From assembly GCA_036867785.1 (NCBI GenBank), contig CP145417.1, forward strand, positions 1,178,001 through 1,242,000: a stretch of 64,000 nt of DNA. Reading direction: 5' to 3'. The stretch is from Plasmodiophora brassicae. Taxonomy: Eukaryota. The notes under the pieces were generated by a model that saw nothing but the letters and a program-made list of their open reading frames with translations, searched no databases and had not been told where the DNA came from. Position numbers and translations under genes: made by a program. Position 1 is the stretch's first letter. Each line of letters begins with the position of its first letter. Below are positions 1 to 11,402 of this stretch, in pieces.

Positions 1-73
1 TGTCGGATCGGGCGCGCATCAGTTCTGTATAACCTGTCGTCGGCGTCGACATTGACCTGCCCGTGATCAACGA

Positions 74-364
74 ATGACGCTCGAGGACAAGCGACGGGAG
101 GCGGCCAGGCTGCGCCAGGAGGCGCTGTCGCCCGACTCGGAGCTGCTGCCGACCAGGAAGGAGGCGGAATCGCTGCCGTACGACACGCCCGTGGCCGAGG
201 ACCAGCAGGAACGCCCGGTCGTCGAGGGCAAAGCCGAGAAGCGGGCCGGCGGCGAAGGCAAACCGACACTGCTGAACAAGAGCGACATCCGCAAACTGCG
301 ACGGGCCATGAAGCTCGAAGAGGAATGCCAGCAGGCGGCCGGCGGTGAGCGCCCCGAGGCCTGA
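74..364 (+). CDS. Small charged hypothetical protein (96 aa); may be the last exon of an upstream gene
   Basis: ATG-initiated ORF with GC3-rich codon usage like the neighbouring real genes; no recognisable domain. Confidence 0.45.
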   Translation: MTLEDKRREAARLRQEALSPDSELLPTRKEAESLPYDTPVAEDQQERPVVEGKAEKRAGGEGKPTLLNKSDIRKLRRAMKLEEECQQAAGGERPEA

Positions 365-713
365 GACGTCCGAGAGCGCCACCGGTCGTCGACCGGCGCG
401 CCAGTGTGCCCGTGCTCTGCTGCAGGTCCAAATTCTGCCCCCGTCCCCACATCGCACATGCAATACACGCGACGCTAGTATGTAGAAGACATTGTCGCCC
501 TGCGAAGTCCAAATCCAGAACACGGCCAGAGCCAATTGCGCTGTGTGCCCGTGGCCACGACGACGAACGAGGCATTAATCCGGGGCGCGACTAATCCGGG
601 GCACCGCGCGCTGCTGCGGCGGGCGGCCCTGTGGCCCGGCACGTCATCGATTGCGCGCTAGGGTCGACGTGTCCATTACAACGGAGCACTAATCGGGAGG
701 CGGCGACGCGCGC

Positions 714-1544
714 ATGACCACGTCGGAGGCGCCGGGCGACGTCGCCGGGCGGCGTGCGCGCGCCCCCGTCGTCCTGCAGCCCGTCTGCACGCGCGCCTAC
801 CTGCTTAACGCCGGCCTGGTCCTGTACGTCGGCGTCTGGGTCGCCATCGCCTTCCTGGCGTACGTGTCGCTGGCCGACCCGCACCGCTACTACGTGTCCG
901 CCCTGGTGAACCACGCGCGGCGCGATCGCAACCGGGCGGTCGGCATCGGCGTCCTGATCGCCCTGGTCGTTGTCCACGCCGCCTGGCAGCTGTTCCGCTC
1001 CGAGACGGCCCACGTCCTGTCGGAGAAGTTCGGCAGGCGGTTCGCCGTCGACGAGCTGCGCGCCTTCATGTCGTGCGACCCGGAGGTGATCGTGTCGGCG
1101 TACACACCGACCCGGTGCCGGGGCGTGACCTGGAAGCGCATCCAGTACAAGGCGTGGGCGGCGGCGCCCGGCAGCCGCCCCGGCGACCTCGACGGCATCC
1201 GCTGGCCGGCGCCCTACACGATCCTGCACGTCGACGAGCGCCTCGACATTGACGAGGACGCCCGGCGGGACGCCATCGGCAAGTTCAGATCGTGCTGCTC
1301 GTTCTTCGTCTCGTGCCGCGGGCGCTGCGCCGACTCCACGTTCAGCCGGCGCATGTTCGTCATCAACGGCGACCGGCGCTGGTGGATGTCCCGCATCACG
1401 TTCACGATCGCGACCCTGTTCGGCCTGTCCTGGCTGTACACGTACCTGTTCCTGCGGCGGTGCACGCCCGTCGCCATACGCATCACGAAACGCGTCGACG
1501 TCGTCCGGCAACAACAACAACAACAACAACACGACCCGGTATGA
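714..1544 (+). CDS. TMEM151-like membrane protein (276 aa)
   Basis: Two N-terminal TM segments; C-terminal RRWWMSRITFTIATLFGLSWLYTYLF..VAIRITKRV resembles the TMEM151 family end; (CAA)n polyQ tail. Confidence 0.6.
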   Translation: MTTSEAPGDVAGRRARAPVVLQPVCTRAYLLNAGLVLYVGVWVAIAFLAYVSLADPHRYYVSALVNHARRDRNRAVGIGVLIALVVVHAAWQLFRSETAHVLSEKFGRRFAVDELRAFMSCDPEVIVSAYTPTRCRGVTWKRIQYKAWAAAPGSRPGDLDGIRWPAPYTILHVDERLDIDEDARRDAIGKFRSCCSFFVSCRGRCADSTFSRRMFVINGDRRWWMSRITFTIATLFGLSWLYTYLFLRRCTPVAIRITKRVDVVRQQQQQQQHDPV

Positions 1545-2005
1545 CAGGCAGGCAGTGCGACGACGACGCGACTTGTATATTTACAAAGCAGACGCATAAT
1601 AGTAAAGCGCGAGGGATCGCCAGGCGACACGCGCGACGCAGGTCTCGCATATGGGACAGACAGCCGTCGCCTCCCCGATCCGATACCTGAAAGAGGGGTG
1701 GCGGCGGATCGAAAATAACGCAGCGGCCCGTCCGGAGCTGCAGATCGCTGACGACTGTGGGCCAACCTGCAGCTGCACAGGGACGCTGCAGCTGGGACAG
1801 GGGCGACAGTGCCCAGCAGACCCGCGGCAGGGCGGAACGAGCAAGTCCGTGGCGGGGCGCGTGGCCCGCGACTAAAACCGACGATCGACGTCGTTGGGTG
1901 CGCAGGCGGCAGACGGGCGCAACCATGAAGGTAGGCGCGGGCTGGCCGACGATGCCGCTGGGGCGGAATCGCTGACCGGTGCGCTGTGTGGCCCCCGTGT
2001 AGAAC

Positions 2006-3711
2006 ATGCGTCGCGGCATGCCGAATCTGTTCAAGCAGGGGACGCAGCACCTGTCCGGCGTGGCCGACGCCGTCGTGCGCAACATCGAGGCCTGCAAGCA
2101 GCTCGCCAAGATGACGCGGACGTCGCTGGGGCCGAACGGCATGAACAAGATGGTGATCAACCACCTGGACAAGCTGTTCGTCACGTCGGACGCGGCGACG
2201 ATCCTCAAGGAGACCGACGTGGTGCACCCGGCCGCCAAGATGATGGTCCTGGCCGCCAACCAGCAGGACTACGAGTGCGGCGACGGCGCCAACTCGGTCA
2301 TCGTCCTGGCCGGCGAGCTCATGGCCAAGGCCGAGGCCCTGCTGCGCATGGGCCTGCACCCGGCCGACATTGTCCGCGGCTTCGTCCTGGCCGGCGACCG
2401 GGCCATGGAGATCCTGCCCACGCTGACCTGCCACACGCACGGTACGTTTCGAACCCGGATCGCTGTGGCGCCCCGCGCCTCCCATGTCTCAATGTGCGTC
2501 GCCCCCCTGCAGATGACTTCCTGTCGGCGTCGGCGCTGTCGGCCGCCTGCTTCAGCGCCATCTGCGCCAAGCAGTACGGCGTCGAGGCGCAGCTCTGCCG
2601 CCTGATTGGCGAGGCGTGCGCCGCCGTCATGCCCAAGGACGCCAAGGCGTTCAACGTGGACAACGTGCGCGTCTGCAAGGTGCTGGGCGGCACCCTGCAC
2701 CAGTCGCAGGTCGTCCAGGGCGTCGTCGTGGCCCGGCCGCCGCACGGCACCGTGCACCGGTTGTCGCCCGCCCACATCGCCGTCTTCGTCGAGTCGATCG
2801 ACGCGTCGTCGACCGACACGAAGGGGACCGTGGCGCTGACGTCCGCCCAGGAGCTGCTGGACTACAGCCTGGGCGAGGAGACGCTCATGGCCAAGACGAT
2901 CGAGGCGATCCGGGCGACCGGCTGCAACTGCGTCGTGACGGGCGGCAAGATCAGCGAGCTGGCCATGCACTTCCTGGACCAGGCCGGCGTCCTGGCCGTC
3001 ACGATCCCGTCCAAGTTCGAGCTGCGGCGCCTGGCGCGCTCCGTCGGCGCCACCCTGAACCTGAACATCCACACGCCGATCCAGGCGGCCGACCTGGGCT
3101 TCTGCTCGTCCGTCGCCCTGCGCGACATTGGCGCCCAGTCCTGCACGGTCTTCGAGCAGGGCGCCGCCAGCCAGCAGCGCTCGTCGATCGCCACGATCGT
3201 CCTGCGCGGCTCCACCGACAACTACCTGAACGACTACGAGCGGGCGATCGAGGACGGCGTCAACGTCGTGCGCGCCACCTGCCGCGACCCGCGCTTCGTC
3301 TGCGGGGCCGGCGCCGCCGAGATGGCCCTGTCCTGCCAGCTGGCCGAGTACGCGTCGACGCTGACCGGCCTGGAGCAGTACGCCGTCAAGGCGTACGCCG
3401 AGGCGCTCGAGGTGTTCCCCAGGACGCTGGCGCAGAACTCGGGCCTGGACGAGACGCAGATCCTGGCCCGGTTGTACGCCGCCCACGAGCGCGGCGACGG
3501 CCGCGTCGGCGTCGACGTCGACGGTGCCGGCGTCGGCGACGTCCAGGGCAAGGGCGTCGTCGACCACCTGCAGACGAAGGCGCACGCGATCAGGATGGCG
3601 ACGGACGCGGCCGCCACCATCCTCCAGGTCGACCAGATCATCATGGCCAAGGCGGCCGGCGGCCCGAAACCGCCCAAGGGCCAGGGCCACTGGGACGACC
3701 GCGAGGACTAA
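2006..3711 (+). CDS. CCT8: T-complex protein 1 subunit theta (chaperonin CCT8); exons 2006-2441 and 2513-3711
   Basis: RTSLGPNGMNKMVINHLDKLFVTSDAATIL, ECGDGAN, SKFELRR, DQIIMAKAAGGPK; GT..AG intron 2442-2512 restores the frame. Confidence 0.96.
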
Positions 3712-3792
3712 CGCACGGGTTCGAACACGCACACACACACGCGCACGCACACGCACACAATACATTACGCGCTCCACATCGGTCAGCACCGG

Positions 3793-5601
3793 TTACTGGG
3801 CCAGCACGACCGACGACCCCATGTCGTCGTCGTCGTCGTCGTGTCGGTCCGGGCCCCGGCGGTCGTCGACGCTGTCCTGGTCGATCTGGCCGACGAGGTC
3901 GAGGATCTGCCCGCGCCGCGCCTGCCACCGGGTGCGCTTGACGGCGCGGCCGGCGGCGATCACGGCACCCAGCCCCAGGACGACGCCGACGAGCGCCGCC
4001 AGCGTCAGCAGCGCCTGGACGGTCCGCGCCGACGCGTCCGGCCCCATCTCGTCGCTGCGGTCGACGTTGACCCCCGTCCCGTCGTTCGCCTGGACGGCCG
4101 TGCCGAACGCGACCAACGCCGTCCCGTCGACGTAGGCCTCGGCGGGCAGGTCCTGCAGCAGCAGCGCGTTCATGTACGCGCCGTTGATCGCGTCCAGGAT
4201 GCCGCCGGCGGTGGTGACGTCGCCCGGGCCGACGACGGCGAGGCGCACGACGGCAACGTCGCCGCCGACCGTCATGGCGCAGGACAGCGACGAGGGCGGC
4301 AGCGCCGTCAGGCGCCCGACCTGCCTGGCGACCTGCGCGCAGACTAAGCCGGCGTTGGACGCCGCCCAGGCCGGCGACAGGTTGACGATCGGGACGAGCA
4401 GGTCCAGGGCGGGCGGGGCGGGCCGCCCGCACCGCTGCAGGGCGCGCGCGTCCACCGCCGCCCGGCACGCGTCGGCCAGGTACGCGCGCGTCCGGTTGTC
4501 GTCGTCGAACCCGGCGGGGAACGCGTCCACGACGGCGGCGACCGCGCAGCACCCGCCGTCCAGCATCGCCAGGGCGTCGTGCACCTCTGCACCCAGCAGG
4601 CGCCGGTCAGCACACACGTTGCCTTGCCGGCGGGGTGTTCCGCATGTGCAAACCACACACGTACGCTGCGCGCAGGCCGCGCTGCAGTGCGCGCCGCGTC
4701 CCGGGTCGCAGGCCGGCACCCGCACCTCCTGCGGCAGCTGCGCCAGGAACGCGCCGCACAGCTGCCCGGCGTCGTTCGTCGCGCAGGTCAACGCCAGGCG
4801 CTCGACGAGGGCGTCGTCGTCGTCGTCGTCGCCGCCCTGGCGCCGCGCGTACCTCGTCGCCGCGTACGCCAGCTGGCGGTCGCAGGCGGCCAGGCCACAG
4901 AAGGCGCCCGGGTCGGCCTGCGCCCGCGGGGCCCATGCGCGCGACACGGCGAGGAGGTCGGGCAGGGTGCGACCCTGGGCGCACCAGGCGCCCCGGTGGC
5001 GCGCGCAGACCATCGCCGCCAGGTACGGCAGCGGGTCGCCGTCGACCGTCGGCGTCGTCGCCCACTGCGCCAGCGACGAGACGGACAGGGCGGCGCGCGT
5101 GCACGCGTGCGGCACCGTGTCGCCGAGGGCGGCGCGCGCCACGTCGCCCGTGCAGAACTGCTCGAGGAACGGCCCGGTGAGCGAGGCGGGCATGGGCAGG
5201 GCGCCCAGCGTCGGCAGCGTCGCCAGGCACTGCCCGTCGTCGGCGCAGGCCGTCGCCGTCCAGCGCAGGACCCTGTTGACGGGGCGCAACTCGTTCAGGG
5301 AGGGGCGCGCCCGTCTGCGTCGCGTGTGTGTGTGTGTGTGTGCTAAGTACCTGTCGCGTTGCTGCTGGTCGGGTGCTGACGGGCAGGCCTGCGCCAGGTC
5401 GTGGGCGGCCCTCGTGATGTTGCCCAGGCCGGACGTGCACATCGTGGCCGCCGTGCCCAGCGCCGACCGGATCGCCGCCGCCAGCCCCGCGTACGCCGAC
5501 CCGCACGTCGGCGCTGCAGTCGTCGTCGTCGTCGCCGCCAGCCACCACGACGTCGCCAGGACGACCGCCGCCAGCTGGACGCCGCCCCGCATCTGTGACA
5601 T
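3793..5601 (-). CDS. Cys-rich type I membrane protein with signal peptide; probable introns 5273-5350 and 4587-4664
   Basis: N-terminal hydrophobic QLAAVVLATSWWLAA, many Cys, C-terminal TM (ALLTLAALVGVVLGLGAVIAAG) then a basic and acidic tail; CA-repeat and low-complexity stretches lie inside GT..AG introns. Confidence 0.7.
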   Translation of the reverse strand: MSQMRGGVQLAAVVLATSWWLAATTTTTAAPTCGSAYAGLAAAIRSALGTAATMCTSGLGNITRAAHDLAQACPSAPDQQQRDRYLAHTHTHTRRRRARPSLNELRPVNRVLRWTATACADDGQCLATLPTLGALPMPASLTGPFLEQFCTGDVARAALGDTVPHACTRAALSVSSLAQWATTPTVDGDPLPYLAAMVCARHRGAWCAQGRTLPDLLAVSRAWAPRAQADPGAFCGLAACDRQLAYAATRYARRQGGDDDDDDALVERLALTCATNDAGQLCGAFLAQLPQEVRVPACDPGRGAHCSAACAQRTCVVCTCGTPRRQGNVCADRRLLGAEVHDALAMLDGGCCAVAAVVDAFPAGFDDDNRTRAYLADACRAAVDARALQRCGRPAPPALDLLVPIVNLSPAWAASNAGLVCAQVARQVGRLTALPPSSLSCAMTVGGDVAVVRLAVVGPGDVTTAGGILDAINGAYMNALLLQDLPAEAYVDGTALVAFGTAVQANDGTGVNVDRSDEMGPDASARTVQALLTLAALVGVVLGLGAVIAAGRAVKRTRWQARRGQILDLVGQIDQDSVDDRRGPDRHDDDDDDMGSSVVLAQ

Positions 5602-6047
5602 GGGCGGGTTGGCCGTGTCGCAGGCGTGCCTCCCGTTCGAGAGGGTATAACCCAACTAGGTAAGTACGGGCGCGAGCGCATCGCGATCGGGTACCAACTA
5701 CCTCGCGATAGGCATCGGCGTCCCTGGCACCAGAACCCCGGCACGGGGCGCCACGTCAGCGGCCAGGCATCCCGGTCAACAACGCCTACAGTAGTGCGGC
5801 TAGTGCCCTACATAAGCACCGTACATGACGTGGAAACGCCGCACGATGTCGCCCGACTCCGTGGGTCTATTTCCGGCCCTGCCATTTCCGTCCCGTTCTA
5901 AATCGGGCAACGAACGGGCCTAATTCCGTCCGGCGCCCCGGATGTCGAATCGGCGCTCGCCCGCCCCGTGGGCTAATTCGGCCGTCTCCGTCCACCCGAG
6001 AGAGCCTGGGCCGCTATCGCCGTTCGCGCCCGCACGCGCATTGCCCC

Positions 6048-6917
6048 ATGACGACGCACATCGGGGTCGCCGGCACCGCCGCCGCTGCTGCCCCAGTCGG
6101 CGGCGACACCGCCACCGTACCCGCTGACAGCAATGCCGCCGGCGCCGCCGCCGACGACGAGGTGCAGCGCCTGCGCGACCAGATCATCGAGATGCACATG
6201 GCGCAGATGGAGCGTGTCCTGGCCCTGAAACGGGTGACGTCGGGGCGCGCCGAGAAGCGCCGGCGCCTGGCGACGTCGATCGCGCCGGTCGAGTCGCTGG
6301 ACGCGTGCCGGGAGATGAGCGACCCGGACCGGCAGGCCCTGCTGCAGGCGTGCGACGTGGACGGCGCCGCGCCCACCGCCCCGCTGCGCCTGATGGCCGA
6401 ACCGTTCAAGGCGTGCCTGAACGGGGTCGACTGCGTCATGGGCGACGACCTGCCCCAGGAGGTCGTCCGGCGCCTGCAGCAGGTGCACGCCCTGCTCCGC
6501 GCCCTGCAGGAGCGCATCGCCGACCCGACGTCGATGGACGACCCCGTCGACGTCGCCGGGCGGTTCGCGTCGACGGCCGCCCGCCTCATCGAGGACGACA
6601 TCAGCATGATACGCGACTGCCGGCAGAGCTGGGTCGAGGCCCGCCTCCAGCAATGGCTGCACGGCCGGCACACGCTCATGGCCAGGCAGTCGGCGTTCCG
6701 ACCCGTGCGCGTACAGCACCCGACGCAGGACCAGGGCGCCGGTGTCGCTCCGCACCATTCACCTCCTCCTACGGCTACTCCTCCTACGCCAGGGCCAGCG
6801 CCGAGTCCCGCCCTTCGTCAGGCACCCGCCCCGATCGTGCCCTATAGCGCACACGGGCACGCCGCCAGCAGCAGCAGCAGCATCGTCGACACCGACTCGC
6901 ACCTGACACTGCAATAA
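6048..6917 (+). CDS. Hypothetical protein (289 aa) with coiled-coil and Pro-rich C-terminus
   Basis: Long ATG ORF with typical codon bias; no recognised domain. Confidence 0.6.
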   Translation: MTTHIGVAGTAAAAAPVGGDTATVPADSNAAGAAADDEVQRLRDQIIEMHMAQMERVLALKRVTSGRAEKRRRLATSIAPVESLDACREMSDPDRQALLQACDVDGAAPTAPLRLMAEPFKACLNGVDCVMGDDLPQEVVRRLQQVHALLRALQERIADPTSMDDPVDVAGRFASTAARLIEDDISMIRDCRQSWVEARLQQWLHGRHTLMARQSAFRPVRVQHPTQDQGAGVAPHHSPPPTATPPTPGPAPSPALRQAPAPIVPYSAHGHAASSSSSIVDTDSHLTLQ

Positions 6918-7124
6918 TAAGAACGACGATGCGTTTAGCCCAGTTGATAAGAACGACGATGCGTTATGGGTAGGCCAGTCTGCGCCGGTCGGCGAGCGGG
7001 CATCCCCTGTCTGTTCCTTTGCAGGCGGCGCCCCGCCAATGTATTGACGAACCAGTGGACACGCCAACTTCGCAGACGAGGCACCTACGGTGACCTGTAT
7101 TCATAACTGGGGGCGCGGCGACGC

Positions 7125-8826
7125 TCAGCAGAAGACGCTCGGGATGGACGCGGACGACATGGAGGAGTCGGCGGTGGCCTCCGGCAGCGGGGACGACGAC
7201 GCTGAGCTGGTCGCGTCGGTGCGCACGCACCCGTCGCCTGCCCAGTAGGCGACGGTGACGATGGCGCCGTTGACCACGGTGGCAATGACGACGACCATGG
7301 GGTAGGCCAGGGCGATGGACCCGACGATGAAGGCCAGGATGGCGGTCTTGACGACGGTGATGACCCAGGCGCCGAGCAGGCCGCCGGGGACGACGAACGG
7401 GCGCTCGGCGAGCGGCTCCCGGTACTTGAGGACGATGAAGGCGGCGAACTCGAGCGCCAGCCGGAAGCAGTTCAGCAGGGCGAGGAACTGGACCAGGACC
7501 TGGAAGTCAAAGTAGGCGATGACGGCGGCGACGACGAACTGGACGGACAGCGCGTTCAGCGGCGTGCCGAACCGCGGGCAGATGCGCCCGAGGATCTTGG
7601 GCAGCGTCCGCGTCTGGATACCGTCGTCCTTGTTCGACGCGCCCATCGCCGACATCATGCGCGAGTTCGCCGCCATGCCCGCCAGCAGCTGGCCCAGGTT
7701 CGCCAGGATCTGTCCCGCGACGACCACTGTCAGTACCCGGCAGACGACGGCAGATCGCACGTGTCACTGACGGCGGCGACAATGACCCAGACGACCAGCC
7801 ATCCGTGCCCGCTGATGTGCTGTGCGGCAACGAGGAACGCGTCATCGCCCCAGGCGCTGGCGTCCGGCAGCAGCGCGTACGAGACGACGATCGGGATGAC
7901 GTTGGCCGCCGTGCCCGCCAGCATGGCCAGCGCGATGCCCAGCGGGTACGTTCGCGTCGGGTTGCGCACCTCGCCGGCAAAGTTCGACAACGCGTCCCAG
8001 CCCGTCGACGACCACAACAGCACGGACGATAGCAGCGACCTGCAAGGTAGGCACGGGCGGTCAGGGGCGCAACCGGTGGCGTGCACGTGCCGCGACTGAC
8101 CATTGCACGTGCTCCGGGATGGCCAGGAAGTCGGCGGCGGGCAGCATGGTGGCGGCGAACGGGATCTCAACGACAAACACGCCGCAGGAGACGACCATGA
8201 GGACGAGGGACACGCTGCCGACGACGCTGAGGCCGACAGCGTTGCAGAGCGTGACGACCAGCAGGATGGCGATCTTGGCGGCGTACGCCTGCGCGTCCGA
8301 CAGCTGCAGGAACGACAGGTACCCGACGATCAGGTTCGGATACAGGCACAGGTCGACCAGGGCGGACGCCAACGAGTTATAGGCGTTGGCAACGCCCGCA
8401 CAGTTGCCCAGGGCGCGCCAGACCCACACCTAGGCAGGGGAGACCGTCCGTCAGCGAGACGAAACATGTGGCGCACCGCACACCGGGGACGTACGAGGGA
8501 TCCGCCGTTAACGCTCATCATGGAGGACAACTCTGCGGTCATGAGCGACTGCGGCACGGCCCACAGGAACGGTAACAGGATGAGGCCGGCCAGGGTCAGC
8601 AGGACGCCGCCCGCTTGGACCGCCTGCACACCGACACACACACGTTCAGGTGGGGGCACATGCCATCCAGTTGCAGATCACGTACGCTCTCGAGACCGAA
8701 CGGGCCGCCGCACGTTAAAAAGAAGGCGACAAAGACGAAATGCGCCAGCGATAGGACGCGCTTGGGCTTGCCGGCGTCGACAGCGGCGCCGGCGTCGTCA
8801 ACGACGACGACCACGGGCAGCGTCAT
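7125..8826 (-). CDS. APC-superfamily amino acid/polyamine permease (RMV1/PUT-like), multi-exon
   Basis: FVAFFLTCGGPFGLE, LPFLWAVPQSLMTAELSSM, GWDALSNFAGEVRNPTRTYP, LEFAAFIVLKYREPLAERPFVVPGG across exons. Confidence 0.9.
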
Positions 8827-9453
8827 GCCTAGGCTGGATACGGATAGGTACGATATACGATGGGTGTACAGTTGCTGCTGGTGCCGCGCTGTCCGGCGAC
8901 ACGAGACGACGACGAGGGTTCCCCGACCGAGGGTGTGCTACGAGCCCGCTACCCGCCAGAGCCGTGCTATCGGAAGTCGGCGGACATGTGACAACGACCA
9001 ACACCAGGGTACAGGGACGCGCGTCGTGTGCTGCTGCTGCTGCTGCTGGTGGTCAAGACCAGGTCCGCGTGTGCCACAACCTGCCCACTCTGCAAATCCC
9101 CGTCCGTCTCCGGTCGTCCGTCCGTCCGTCCGGCCCTCCCAAATTTATCGCTGACTCGGCGCAGTTCGCCCGCGAGGCCGCGTGGTCCGACGCGTGGCGC
9201 ACGTGGCGCGCAACTCCGCCACGGACTCCGCAGGCCCCCGCCAACCGGTACTATTAGGGCACGTCCCCCTATACCCTCCCCCTACACATCGTCGACGGGC
9301 CCTGTTCGCGGTGGCCGGGCTTCGATGCGAGGTCGGCGACACGTCGCGGACTGGCCGCTTGCGGGAGTGGTCATCAGGCGCCCAGCGTCGTTTTCACCAA
9401 AGGCAATGGGGCCTCAAACCGTCGCACAATTCATGTAAAAGAGTAAACACTGT

Positions 9454-10862
9454 TCATTGGCCAGCTGGTACTTGGGAGCTGGGGCGGAGAAAGTGCAAGC
9501 TATCCCGTTTGTTCAGGAGCTCGACGGCGAACCCGAACGTGCTGTCCTCGTTGTTGAGGACGGCATGGCCCCAGTCGAACGGGATATAGATTGCATCGCC
9601 CGGGTTCTGCTCGCATCGCAGCGACTCGATACCCGACGTGCCGTTCGCGGCGAATTCGCCGATCGGCGTCCTGCTGTAGACGGACTGGGGCGGCGGCGTT
9701 ACGAACCAGGTCTTGCTGCCGTGGGCAAGCAGGTTGACCGCGTCGCTGTGCAGGTGGAATGGCGCCCCGGACCCCTTGTTGCCCAGGTAGAAATGAACCG
9801 CATCGGAACCGAGCGCGGCGGGTGACACAAAGTACGGCGGCAGCGCGTCGCGCGCGAAACGATCTAGAATTTGAAGCGCGTCCCGACAGATGCCGTCGTC
9901 CTTGGCGAATACGTACGAGGCACTGCCGGGCGCCAAACTGGCAACGTATTTCGACAGAGGCATCGACTGGATCGGCAACCCAAAGTACTGTAGCGCTGGT
10001 CAGATAATCAGCCGCGCGCGCTCGCGATATCATGGCATCGTACCTGGGCGTACGGCACATCGCCAACGTTGACGGGAACGTGGCCGTGACGCGTCAAGAA
10101 GGCGTCGAGATCCCAGTCCAGCACGTCGGAACGGTCGTAGGCGCCCAGCAGGCCACGAATCGCGACGGGCTCGCCTTCGTGCGCCAGCCTCCGTATCTCG
10201 GCCCAGGATCGATCGAGATCGGCACGTTCGAGCCCAGCAAGGTTCACCTCCGGTAACTGGCAGGTGGAGCCGCGCTCCTCGGCGGCGCGCCTCGCATTGC
10301 GAACAAAGTTCGTGAACGACAGGTTCCTGTACTGTCGCCCGGCCCTGTCCATCGCGTCCGGGTCGGCGCCCAACGCCATCAGGTACGCTATCGACGAGCG
10401 GTCATCGCGCATGGCCGCCATATGCAACGGGGCCAGGCCGTGATCGGGATCGGCACCCTGCAGGTCGCACGCGCCAGCGGTCGGGCACATGTCTCGCAGG
10501 CGCATGTGCCGACCCGCGTTCAAATGTGCTCGAAGCAGGGCGACCGGGACGGTATCATCCTGGACGTGCAGGTTCGGCGGCAGCCCGTCGAACGACTTGG
10601 ACAGGACACGTTTCGCCAGGAGCGATTCCTGTGAGATCGGCAGCGACGTTGTCCCTACCGCCGATTGTCATCACTTGCCCCGAACAGCGAGCAATCCAGG
10701 CCGACCTGCGGACCAGTCGTGATCCGCCCAGATGCGCATGACGTCGGCCGAGGAACGGGCCGGGGACCCAGGACCGCTTGTGGTGACCAAGATCGGGGCC
10801 CAGCGGCACAACAGGGCGACGGTCACCACCCCAATGCCAACCAGCGCCGACGTCGACGACAT
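9454..10862 (-). CDS. Ankyrin-repeat + JmjC (JMJD8-like) protein with N-terminal hydrophobic segment; 5' exon structure uncertain
   Basis: Ankyrin GLAPLHMAAMRDDRSSIAYLMALGADPDAMD; JmjC FYLGNKGSGAPFHLHSDAVNLLAHGSKTWFVTPP..CEQNPGDAIYIPFDWGHAVLN; intron near 9989-10044. Confidence 0.8.
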
Positions 10863-11402
10863 CACGTACCCGGGCTGGTCGGTTGCTGGCTGTGTGGCCA
10901 GACAGATTGGCCGTACCTGTCTGGGCACAGTGACGGGTGACGTCTGCAGCCCCCCGGACACGTACCGACCGACCCGATTCCAGAGACCGGGACAGAAGAC
11001 GGTCGACGTCGACGGCCCCCCTCCGACTGGGCAAAAACACGCAGATCTGTCTGTGGACATGATGCGATCCGCGCGGTCACACCAGATAGTCGACATTCTC
11101 AACCATGATCTGCCGTATATTCATACAGTTACGCCGGAACGTTTCATGGCATCTGTGCCGGCCGGATATCGCGATGTCATTCCAGTAGTTGACCCGATTC
11201 ACTGGAAGACGAAGGGGTGCGAGGCGCGCATAGCCGCTGTTTAGTCGTGCCATCGATACGGCTCGGAATTCGGGCCCTGAAACCGGTTGGCGCGAAGGTG
11301 CGCCGACAGCGCGGTGCCCAATGCGGACGGCACCCGTTCACCAGTTGATTATTGAGGCTGCACTTGCCCAGCGGAGGATTCCTGTTGACACACTAAGGTC
11401 GT

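Noticed and set aside
6917-6965. 19-bp direct repeat ATAAGAACGACGATGCGTT x2 between convergent genes
   Set aside because: Only two copies 11 bp apart; most likely a local slippage duplication with no element inside
1-9300. Many long overlapping or antisense ORFs (e.g. 2269-3789 -, 4172-5650 +, 591-1532 -)
   Set aside because: Shadow ORFs caused by very high GC3 in the real genes; low-complexity R/P/A/G translations
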